Below are positions 52,405 to 60,625 of a DNA stretch of 64,000 bases, piece after piece (position 1 is the stretch's first letter; the number at the start of each line of letters is the position of its first letter). Under the pieces are notes generated by a model that made no database searches, was not told the DNA's origin, and saw only the letters and a program-made list of their open reading frames with translations. This DNA is from an uncultured bacterium (GTDB lineage: Bacteria; Patescibacteriota; Minisyncoccia; Phycocordibacterales; CAIZLB01), in assembly GCA_903933735.1 (NCBI GenBank), contig CAIZLB010000006.1:3750-67749 (forward strand), read 5' to 3'. The position numbers were made by a program, and so were the translations under genes.

Positions 52405-53424
52405 TTATTTTTTTACAGTTAGTAGGAACAAATGCTCCTTAGTTATAATTTTCGACCCATCTTGATTAATTGCGCGGTATCGTTTGTGTTCTTTTGTGTA
52501 TTCCTTAACTTCACCGCGAGTTGAAAGAATTTTTTTGAGCACAGGAATCGGTATTATTCCTTCGTCGTTGTAACTCAATAAAATATATTTTGCTTTTGCT
52601 TTTGTTACTAAATCTAGAAGCGCGTCAGCAGCCTTTCGAGAAATTGAATAATCCGATTTTTGATCCTCATAAGGCCTCATTCCCGCGTTTCCATATATCT
52701 CAGGAATTTTCCTAAACCAACCTTCCGCCACCAATTCTAGAAAAAAATAATTTGATGCAAATTGCCTAGCGTTATATGGGGGATCTAGGTATAGAATATC
52801 TACTTTGTGCATCCCAACGAGATCATTTGCATCGGCTCGAAAGGCCCTGTTTTCTTTTTTGTTATCAAACACTTCTCCATGTTCTAAAGTGATATTTTTT
52901 AAAGCCCGTCTGTCCCAGCTTTTCAAAAATGCAGCGTAGGTACCTGTTACATTTGCAACAAGACTGATTGCGTTTATGAGACTTGCAATAAGATAATAAT
53001 ATTCTGTTTCGGAAATTAATTTACTATTCTTCCAGTTCTCGATATTTTCTCTAATCACATCAACCTTTTTAGCATTTTCAACTGAAAGATACTGACGTTT
53101 GTTTCCGTTAAATGGTGAGTAATTTTTTGTAATGAATCCAGCCTTACCCTTAAGTTTATTTAGATGATCAATAATATCATCCGACAATCCTAACTTTTTA
53201 AATTTAGGGATTTTAGCCGTTTCAATATTTGTTCGAGCCAGCGAGTATGCGAACTCTAAAAAATCGTTCGAATAAACTGTATAGCCAAGTTTTTTAAAAT
53301 GTTGACCAACTGCAGTTGTCCCACTAAATATATCGAAAAAAATTGCCCCTTTTTTTACGGGTAAAGTTGTAACGACATCCTCAATGTAATCAAGCAGTTT
53401 GGTTTTGCAACCGTAATATCTCAT
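52405..53424 (-). CDS. D12-class (Dam-like) N6-adenine DNA methyltransferase
   Basis: N-terminal MRYYGCKTKLL (RYxGxK), FFDIFSGT, catalytic DPPY. Confidence 0.85.
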   Translation of the reverse strand: MRYYGCKTKLLDYIEDVVTTLPVKKGAIFFDIFSGTTAVGQHFKKLGYTVYSNDFLEFAYSLARTNIETAKIPKFKKLGLSDDIIDHLNKLKGKAGFITKNYSPFNGNKRQYLSVENAKKVDVIRENIENWKNSKLISETEYYYLIASLINAISLVANVTGTYAAFLKSWDRRALKNITLEHGEVFDNKKENRAFRADANDLVGMHKVDILYLDPPYNARQFASNYFFLELVAEGWFRKIPEIYGNAGMRPYEDQKSDYSISRKAADALLDLVTKAKAKYILLSYNDEGIIPIPVLKKILSTRGEVKEYTKEHKRYRAINQDGSKIITKEHLFLLTVKK

Positions 53425-53540
53425 GTCTCCTTATTTTAGCTTACTTTTTGCAAAATACATAGTCATTTGCATACCAAGCGCTCTTTATAAGGGTACTATT
53501 TTATGGTAATATTTTTTTATCTTGAAAACCCCAAAAACAC

Positions 53541-55817
53541 ATGCCTATTACCAAATTAAAAGACATAACAAATATTGATGCTTTCGACACCTTTCAATGG
53601 GGTGGGAGTGATCTAAAAAAATACAACTTAATTTATGGGTGGAATGGATGTGGTAAAACAACCATGTCGCGCGTGTTAAGTTTTGTTGAGAAGAAGGAAA
53701 TTGATATGCCGGAGTTTTCTTCAATGCAATTTCAGGTTCAGACTAATACCGGCGTAACCAAGGAATCAGACCTGCTCACTAGTAATATAAGTATTAAAGT
53801 TTTTAATGAGGATTTTATCCGAGAAAATCTTGAGTTCCACGAGTCAAAAGCAAAGAAAATTCTCATTGTCGGAAAAGATAATATAGATGCACAAGCTGAA
53901 ATAACTTCTCTAGAGGCGAAAGTTACCACGGCAAGAGAAGAGCATGATCGGCTAGAAGTAGATAGAGGAAAAATTAGCTCTATAGAAAATATTTTTACTG
54001 AAGCTGCCCGTGAAGTAATCAAGCAATTTACTAATACCCCCCTCGGTAGTGGAACATACTATGGTCGAAGCTACAACCGTACAAAAATAGAACCTTTTGT
54101 TACTGACGGCAAGATCACTCCTGAGAATCTAGACTCATTGATTATAGAAAAGGTAGAAGATATAGATAGCAAGAGGGACATAATTAAAAATCAAAAACAA
54201 AAAATTGGTTCTGAATTAAAAGGGGTTAATGATTTTTCTGTATTATTTGAAAATGCGAATAATCTCTTGGATACATTTGTAGATATCGAAATAATCGAAG
54301 GGCTCGACTCTGACAAAGAGCTCAGAGATTGGACTGAACAAGGATATCACATACATAAAAACCGAGATCTCGAATCGTGTCAATTTTGTAAAAAAACTCT
54401 CGATAAAGGATTCCTAGAAAACCTTGGTAAATTTTTTACTGAGGAGCTCGAAAAAGCAAAAAAGGGAATTGATGACATTATTACAAAAATAGACGTAGCA
54501 GAAAACAAAGCTGAGGCAGTATTTATTGAACCAAGTCGACTATTTCCTGATTTGGCAAACGAATATCTTGCGACAAAATCAAGCGTTGAAGATAAAGGCA
54601 GAGAGCTACGTGGTTCAATTACAGCACTGATCGTTGCCCTCAATGAAAAGCGTGAGAATCTACATGATCGAAAAAAAACTATTTCAAAAATTCCATATCC
54701 TGAGAATGTTATTAGAGAGTTCGGTGCACTTATTGAAAAGCTTAATGCTATAGTCAATAAACATGATGAGAGGATGGATAAAATAGATGAAGCGGCAAAA
54801 GCAATTGAGATCCATACCATTGCGTCGGTTTTGAAGTCAAAAGAGTATTTCAAAAAGAAAAAAGACCTCGCCGATCTTGATGCAAAGCTTGGTCCATTAA
54901 AAACAGAAATATACACACTAAATGGTGAAATAAAAAAGAAACGTGGCGGTATCCTAAATGCTTCTATCGCAATCGATGCAATAAATGACGTTCTCAAAGA
55001 TTTCTTCGGTGAATCACAAATATATCTAGAGCTTACAGATCCAAATGCTCCAGAGGTGGGTTATATTGTGAAGCGCCGTGGTAAGAATGCAAAGCACCTA
55101 AGCGAGGGTGAGAAAAGTGTCATAGCATTGATTTATTTTCTTGCAAAACTCGAAGAAGACGGCTTTAAAAAGGAGAGCGGAATAATTGTGGTAGATGATC
55201 CTGTAGACAGTCAAGATGAAATATTTTTGTTCCGCACTTTCGGCCTCATAAAAAGACAGCTTATAAAAGCCGAGCAATTGATAGTACTTACACACAACTT
55301 CGCCTTTTTTAATCTGGTCCGAGATTGGATGAACGACACCGACGATGCCGAACTTTATCTTATGACCTGCAATCGCACAGGGACGACACATGAAGCAAAA
55401 ATTGAGCCCCTGCCAGATATTATCCGCAAATACAAAACCGAGTATCAATTCCTATTTTTTCAACTCTATAACTTCAATAAAAATGGTGCAGGAATAGATG
55501 CTCCACTTATACCAAATGTCGCAAGAAAAGCACTTGAATATTTCGCAGGTTTTAAGTGGTCGTGTGGTACAGATCGAGCTTTTGCTCAAATGGTACACGA
55601 TAAATATATCACTGATCCTAACCTCAAAAACAAAGGAGTGGCAGACTTCATCGTAAAGTTTCTGCACGAATACTCACACGGACTAGACTTCACTCGGCCG
55701 ATCACCGCTGCAACACTTGAAGCAAAAGATGTGGCAAAAAACGTCATAGAATTCATACATATGTCCGATGACGATCATTACAAAAAATTAAAGGTTCTAT
55801 GTGACCCTTCGGCCTAA
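53541..55817 (+). CDS. AAA_13-like ABC-type ATPase with long coiled-coil insert
   Basis: N-terminal YNLIYGWNGCGKTT Walker A; signature LSEGEKSVIAL; Walker B IIVVDDPVDSQDE; H-loop LTHN; about 450-aa coiled-coil between. Confidence 0.7.
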   Translation: MPITKLKDITNIDAFDTFQWGGSDLKKYNLIYGWNGCGKTTMSRVLSFVEKKEIDMPEFSSMQFQVQTNTGVTKESDLLTSNISIKVFNEDFIRENLEFHESKAKKILIVGKDNIDAQAEITSLEAKVTTAREEHDRLEVDRGKISSIENIFTEAAREVIKQFTNTPLGSGTYYGRSYNRTKIEPFVTDGKITPENLDSLIIEKVEDIDSKRDIIKNQKQKIGSELKGVNDFSVLFENANNLLDTFVDIEIIEGLDSDKELRDWTEQGYHIHKNRDLESCQFCKKTLDKGFLENLGKFFTEELEKAKKGIDDIITKIDVAENKAEAVFIEPSRLFPDLANEYLATKSSVEDKGRELRGSITALIVALNEKRENLHDRKKTISKIPYPENVIREFGALIEKLNAIVNKHDERMDKIDEAAKAIEIHTIASVLKSKEYFKKKKDLADLDAKLGPLKTEIYTLNGEIKKKRGGILNASIAIDAINDVLKDFFGESQIYLELTDPNAPEVGYIVKRRGKNAKHLSEGEKSVIALIYFLAKLEEDGFKKESGIIVVDDPVDSQDEIFLFRTFGLIKRQLIKAEQLIVLTHNFAFFNLVRDWMNDTDDAELYLMTCNRTGTTHEAKIEPLPDIIRKYKTEYQFLFFQLYNFNKNGAGIDAPLIPNVARKALEYFAGFKWSCGTDRAFAQMVHDKYITDPNLKNKGVADFIVKFLHEYSHGLDFTRPITAATLEAKDVAKNVIEFIHMSDDDHYKKLKVLCDPSA

Positions 55818-57306
55818 CCATATGACGCTATCAAAAACTGATTACATACTTTATAGAGAATGTCCAAAGAATGCTTGGATGAAAATTCACAAGCCGGATA
55901 TTTACTATGCAACTGAACTTTCCGAATTCGAAAAGCATATCATTGAAACCGGTAACGAGGTTGAGCTTGTGGCCCGTCAGCTCTTTCCAAGCGGTGTGCT
56001 TATAGAAGGCAGAGATGAGAAAGCTCGACTTGATACTCTCGATCTTGTCGCTAAGAAGGGTCAAACTATTTTCCAGCCCATCTTCGTTAAAGATGGATTT
56101 CTCGCAGCGGTCGATGTGCTCAAATACGATCCAGAAAATGACGGTTATCAAATATATGAGATCAAGGCTACGAATGAAGTGGATGAGAAAGTTCATCTTT
56201 ATGACCTCGCATTTCAAGTAGCTTTACTACACAAGTGCGGGGTAAGAGTGACAGGTATCAACCTTCTACATCTCAATAAGGAGTACGTGAGGAATGGGGA
56301 ACTAGATATCATAAAGCTTTTTTCAATAGACGAAGTGAGCGAGGTAATAGCAGACATGATCTCTGTAGTGTGGGATGAAATGAATATCGCTTTAAAATAT
56401 CTGTCTTCTGAGAATGAGCCCAATGGTCCTTGCTGTTGCGTTTACAAAGGAAGAAGTGGTCATTGCTCTACATTCAAACATAACAACCCTCATATTCCAG
56501 AGTATTCGGTACACGACTTAAACCGAATAGGTAGCAGCAAAAAGAAACTGATGGAACTTATCGATAGTAACGTCTTTCATATTCATGAGGCGGATGGAAG
56601 GATTGTTTTTAGTGAGTCACAACAAAACCAAATTGATGCTCATGTAAATGATAGAGTGCTGATAAAGAAAGATATGATCGCAGAGGAATTTAGTAAGTTG
56701 GAGTATCCGCTTTATTTTTTAGATTACGAAACATTTCCATCTGCTGTACCATTGTTCGACGGCTACTCTTCGTATAATCAAATCCCATTTCAATATTCAC
56801 TTCAAGTGGTTCAAACGCCGAATGCAGAGCCACAGAGTTTTGATTTTATTTATACAGAATCAGATGATCCCTGCCCGGCATTAGCAAAATCTCTACAATC
56901 TCATATTGGTCCTAAAGGGAGTGTAATTGTTTGGTATAAACCTTTTGAAAAATCAAGAAATACAGAAATGGGAATAAGACTTCCAGAGTATAAGATCTTC
57001 TTTGAAGGAATAAATGAGAGAATCTTTGATCTCATGGAAATATTTTCAAAGCAATACTACGTTCACAAGGAGTTCAAGGGTAGCAGCTCGATTAAAAAAG
57101 TTCTCCCCGTTCTTGTACCTGAGCTTTCATATAAAGAGCTTTTGATCAAAGAGGGTGGCACAGCATCTCAGGCATGGAAAAAAATAGTAGACGGAAAATA
57201 TTCAAAAGATGAAGCGACTGAGCTCATCAATGCCCTTAAGATTTACTGTAATCTAGACACTTATGCTATGTATGCAATCTTCAAGCGTTTGGTGGATATA
57301 ATATAA
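55801..57306 (+). CDS. Cas4/RecB-like PD-(D/E)XK nuclease with Cys4 Fe-S cluster and C-terminal extension domain
   Basis: YRECPKNAWMK N-terminal Cys; ...YEIKAT E-x-K motif; CCCVYKGRSGHC cluster; 17-nt overlap with upstream ATPase gene. Confidence 0.6.
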   Translation: MTLRPNHMTLSKTDYILYRECPKNAWMKIHKPDIYYATELSEFEKHIIETGNEVELVARQLFPSGVLIEGRDEKARLDTLDLVAKKGQTIFQPIFVKDGFLAAVDVLKYDPENDGYQIYEIKATNEVDEKVHLYDLAFQVALLHKCGVRVTGINLLHLNKEYVRNGELDIIKLFSIDEVSEVIADMISVVWDEMNIALKYLSSENEPNGPCCCVYKGRSGHCSTFKHNNPHIPEYSVHDLNRIGSSKKKLMELIDSNVFHIHEADGRIVFSESQQNQIDAHVNDRVLIKKDMIAEEFSKLEYPLYFLDYETFPSAVPLFDGYSSYNQIPFQYSLQVVQTPNAEPQSFDFIYTESDDPCPALAKSLQSHIGPKGSVIVWYKPFEKSRNTEMGIRLPEYKIFFEGINERIFDLMEIFSKQYYVHKEFKGSSSIKKVLPVLVPELSYKELLIKEGGTASQAWKKIVDGKYSKDEATELINALKIYCNLDTYAMYAIFKRLVDII

Positions 57307-57321
57307 GTAATTACTAAATTT

Positions 57322-57477
57322 ATGTTTGAAGACAAAGACCCAGAAGAAGTGAAAGAGATTACAGAAATTGCTGAAAATCAGGGAGTGGATATTGAGAGTG
57401 CTGAAAAAATAAAAGAAATCATGGATGAGGAAGGTCTTGATGAGGATGAGGCTGCTGAAATAGCGGAAGTAGTCTAA
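57322..57477 (+). CDS. small hyper-acidic protein (51 aa, not in ORF track)
   Basis: MFEDKDPEEVKEITEIAENQGVDIESAEKIKEIMDEEGLDEDEAAEIAEVV; about 40% D/E. Confidence 0.3.
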   Translation: MFEDKDPEEVKEITEIAENQGVDIESAEKIKEIMDEEGLDEDEAAEIAEVV

Positions 57478-57497
57478 AAGTGATAAAGTATTAAAAC

Positions 57498-58367
57498 ATG
57501 AATCATTCAGAGAAAAAATCCCTCGAATTTGTACACAAACACCGACGTAAGTTTTATGCCGTCGGTATTTTGATACTCTTTTTTGTAATGAGTATTACTA
57601 GCGAGGCTGTCTACGATTCCTTCAAGCCCGATACAGTGGCATCCGAATATTCAGAAAGCGAGGATACTTCCTCATGCAATGTTTTAGGAATCAATCTCCA
57701 TGGCGACCTTTATACTTATGTACCAGAAAGCAATGACGATGAGTTAATGAGCAACAAAGATGTTGTGGGAAGCGAAGAAATAATGGGCTCGCTTGAAACA
57801 GCCGAAAATGACGAGAATATCAAAGCTGTTATCGTGGAAGTGGATTCCCTGGGAGGTTATCCTGTCGCGGGCGAAGAAGTGGCCAATGCAATAAAAGCAT
57901 CTACCAAGCCTGTCGTGGCCTTTATCCGCCAGAGCGGAACGTCGGCAGCATATTGGGCAATCACCACGGCCGATCAGATATTCGCATCAAAGAATTCTGA
58001 TGTTGGCAGCATTGGAGTCACAACATCCTATCTCGAAAATGTTTCCAAAAATGAAAAAGAGGGCCTTAAATACGTTCAACTCAGTGCAGGAAAATACAAG
58101 GATGCCGGAAGTCCGGACAAGTCACTGACTGATGAAGAAAAAGCACTCATCATCCGAGATCTGAAAATCGTCCATGAAAACTTTATTCAGGATGTCTCAA
58201 CCAATAGAAATATTCCGATTGAGAAAATTCGAGCAATCGCTGACGGTTCTTCAATCCTCGGAGCGCGCGCGAAAGAACTCGGCTTAATCGATAGTATCGG
58301 TGGATACGCTGAAGTGAAGAACTACATCGAAGAAAAGATCGGAGAGAAACCTGAGGTTTGCTGGTAG
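57498..58367 (+). CDS. sppA: signal peptide peptidase SppA (S49 family)
   Basis: TM anchor; ClpP/crotonase-fold motifs VDSLGGYPVAGEEV...SGTSAAYWAI...DVGSIGV. Confidence 0.8.
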   Translation: MNHSEKKSLEFVHKHRRKFYAVGILILFFVMSITSEAVYDSFKPDTVASEYSESEDTSSCNVLGINLHGDLYTYVPESNDDELMSNKDVVGSEEIMGSLETAENDENIKAVIVEVDSLGGYPVAGEEVANAIKASTKPVVAFIRQSGTSAAYWAITTADQIFASKNSDVGSIGVTTSYLENVSKNEKEGLKYVQLSAGKYKDAGSPDKSLTDEEKALIIRDLKIVHENFIQDVSTNRNIPIEKIRAIADGSSILGARAKELGLIDSIGGYAEVKNYIEEKIGEKPEVCW

Positions 58368-58410
58368 AGTCCCTCTAGACTTAAAAATCTATTCTCGGTA
58401 TCTTTGTACT

Positions 58411-58722
58411 ATGGAAGAAAATGACATGGATGCAGTCCGTAAGGCTGCCGAACACATTCAAATACCTTTCAACCGGTATGAAATATTCAACCGGCTTTCT
58501 CAACTTTCCCAGCCCAAGGCTAAAATGAAACAGGCTCTGAAAGAGAGGATGAAATTACTTGCCGCCGCCTATGTATCACTGGCAACTTTTATAGATGATG
58601 ATGACGTGGAGTTTATCTTTGAAAACAAAAACAGCCAGAGAGCAAAGGATGTAGCTGCAAAGGTTTGTGAAGATTTAGATATAGCACAAGAAGAAATGAG
58701 GAATTTCAAGCTAATGGACTAG
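58411..58722 (+). CDS. hypothetical protein
   Basis: 103-aa ORF. Confidence 0.4.
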   Translation: MEENDMDAVRKAAEHIQIPFNRYEIFNRLSQLSQPKAKMKQALKERMKLLAAAYVSLATFIDDDDVEFIFENKNSQRAKDVAAKVCEDLDIAQEEMRNFKLMD

Positions 58723-58743
58723 TCAATTTTTAATTAATACTTA

Positions 58744-58802
58744 TTAAAGTTTTAATAAAGAAAAAGTAAAAACTCCCTAGATTCACTCAAAAGTGGTATA
58801 AT
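58744..58802 (+). promoter_or_regulatory. promoter with extended -10 TGGTATAAT; near-leaderless transcript for yerC-like gene; contains 25-nt repeat
   Basis: TGGTATAAT at 58794-58802, ATG at 58812; repeat TTAAAGTTTTAATAAAGAAAAAGTA. Confidence 0.4.
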
Positions 58803-58811
58803 GAGATTAAT

Positions 58812-59135
58812 ATGGACGATCAAGAAAAAAATAACATTTGGAAAGAGATAGAACAAAAATCACCTGACTTAATCCAGGCGTTCTTGTCATTGAAAAACGA
58901 GGATGAACTGAAAGCATTCTTCCGCGACCTTATGAGTGAGCGTGACTTGCGAGAATTCGCAATGCGATGGGAGGTAGCAAAAATGCTTGATTCGGGTATG
59001 TCATTCACTCAGATCCAAGAAAAGTGGGCTGGTGATGAGATGGTTTCTCCAAACACGATCGCAAAAATTAATCGATGGTTGAAAGAGGGTTGTGGAGGAT
59101 ACAAAATGTTGATTGATCGTATGAAGAATAATTAA
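58812..59135 (+). CDS. YerC/YecD-family TrpR-like DNA-binding protein
   Basis: About 100 aa, pattern ...LSLKNEDELKAFFRDLMSERDLREFAMRWEVAKML... typical of YerC/YecD. Confidence 0.65.
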   Translation: MDDQEKNNIWKEIEQKSPDLIQAFLSLKNEDELKAFFRDLMSERDLREFAMRWEVAKMLDSGMSFTQIQEKWAGDEMVSPNTIAKINRWLKEGCGGYKMLIDRMKNN

Positions 59136-59198
59136 AGAAAAGTTAAAGTTTTTATAAAGAAAAAAGTAGCAAGTTGAATACATAAAAGATAAAATAAA

Positions 59199-59223
59199 AG
59201 CGGGCTAGTGCCCGTTCTTTTTC
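59199..59223 (+). terminator. intrinsic terminator
   Basis: agcgggc-tagt-gcccgtt hairpin followed by CTTTTT. Confidence 0.55.
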
Positions 59224-59249
59224 ATAAACAAAAAAAACAAGGAGGTCTC

Positions 59250-60251
59250 ATGAATTCAACAGAATCAGATCGTCATGGGACCTACGTGGTTACCTATGAC
59301 GTGGCAAGTCGTCTTCAGGCGTTTCGTCCGAAGACTATCACAATCCCGCGTCCGAATGACCAATTGTTCGAACGCTTTCACATGAGCCTGTTTCAAAAGA
59401 TACAGCAGGCTCTTCCAGGCATCACGATCGATACGATCGAGATGAGTGAACTCAGGCGAAAAATCTGGGAGCAAGTTGATTCCCGCATAACTGACCTAGC
59501 TCAGCAAGCGGTCCTCAGTACATGCCCAGAGATTGCCGACTCGAATCCGAAAAGCGAAGGCTTACTCCTCAATATCAACCGTCTGTTCAATGTGGATGGT
59601 CAGTTGATAGGACACGGTCCTCGCCCAGGCTTCAAGCCACTCGCAAAGCAGTATGATGATTTGGCAAAGAAGTTCGCAGGCCGTTCCGTCGTCCTCATCG
59701 AAGATGGAGCATTCAGCGGCGGCACACTTCGGTCCGTGCTTCATGAGCTCAATAGTCGAGGCATAACAGTCACGGCAATTGTCATCGGCTTCTGTTGCAC
59801 GAGGGCGAAGTTTGTCCTCGGTCAGTTCTTCAGGGGTGAGCTCGTCATAGTGCATCCAATCGAGAGTCTTCTTGATTGGATTCCTGACCACGATCTTATT
59901 CCGTTCATCCCCAACTGCGGACGTGTCCTAGGCGAAGCATCTGGTGATAGCTTCATGCCGGTCCGAAGCGCAGAAGGCTTCAGTTCTGCCTACCCCTACA
60001 TATTGCCGTTCGGCAAGATCGAGGAGTGGGCAAGCTTGCCGATCGAGGGAGCTAGAGAATTGTCGAGGCTTTGCCTGGATACCAGTATTGAGCTGTTTGG
60101 CCGTGTAGGGCAAAAAATGACGATAGGGGAGCTTCTAAGGGCTAACCCAAGGGTTTCATTACCTATCGAAATTGGAGCCAAATCTGGGCAAATTGATCAA
60201 AACATGGAGATCAGGGTGTTCTTGGAGAAAGTAAGGAAAAGACTAGGATAG
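59250..60251 (+). CDS. phosphoribosyltransferase (type I PRTase fold) domain protein, higher-GC islet
   Basis: PRPP-binding motif VVLIEDGAFSGGTL; strong RBS AAGGAGG 8 nt upstream of ATG 59250. Confidence 0.6.
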   Translation: MNSTESDRHGTYVVTYDVASRLQAFRPKTITIPRPNDQLFERFHMSLFQKIQQALPGITIDTIEMSELRRKIWEQVDSRITDLAQQAVLSTCPEIADSNPKSEGLLLNINRLFNVDGQLIGHGPRPGFKPLAKQYDDLAKKFAGRSVVLIEDGAFSGGTLRSVLHELNSRGITVTAIVIGFCCTRAKFVLGQFFRGELVIVHPIESLLDWIPDHDLIPFIPNCGRVLGEASGDSFMPVRSAEGFSSAYPYILPFGKIEEWASLPIEGARELSRLCLDTSIELFGRVGQKMTIGELLRANPRVSLPIEIGAKSGQIDQNMEIRVFLEKVRKRLG

Positions 60252-60274
60252 CCTGTGCTCTTTATTTAAAACTC

Positions 60275-60314
60275 AGTCGCATCGCCCCATTGGGTGGTGC
60301 GACTTTCTTTTTTT
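60275..60314 (+). terminator. intrinsic terminator after PRTase gene
   Basis: gtcgca...tgcgac hairpin followed by T-run of about 12. Confidence 0.7.
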
Positions 60315-60445
60315 TAGTTTCTTAAATACCCTTATTTTAATTGACTTATTTGTTCATATGCTCCCTAACTCTTTAGACCATACATTAAGGGTATTGACAA
60401 TAGACAGCCACTATAATAGATTATAGTGACAACCGAATATGAATC

Positions 60446-60495
60446 CATTGTCCCGAAAGGGATCTGGGCCGGCAACGGTCCCGATGCTACCAATG
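60446..60495 (+). repeat. right copy of 50-nt structured direct repeat
   Basis: CATTGTCCCGAAAGGGATCTGGGCCGGCAACGGTCCCGATGCTACCAATG; preceded by TTGACA promoter-like motif at about 60400. Confidence 0.6.
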
Positions 60496-60625
60496 GACTT
60501 TGTCCCCAGCTAGGGATAGAATGTATATGGCATCTCCGCAAGGAAATGTCTCCCTAGCTAGGGAACGGCCAACTGTCCGTCAAAGGATAGAACCGCCACT
60601 GAAAAGTCCACTAGAGTAGCATCGA

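Noticed and set aside
49446-53424. Assigning GATC specificity to the R-M locus from the DpnII-like MTase arrangement
   Set aside because: The D12 and beta-class MTase families cover many specificities, and GATC is not visibly depleted in either host or phage segments. Specificity is left unassigned.
54380-54997. 205-aa minus-strand ORF inside the ATPase gene, and similar antisense ORFs (29644-30123, 31997-32524, 25126-25542)
   Set aside because: They are antisense to well-supported genes and have low-complexity or unrecognisable translations. They are typical spurious ORFs.
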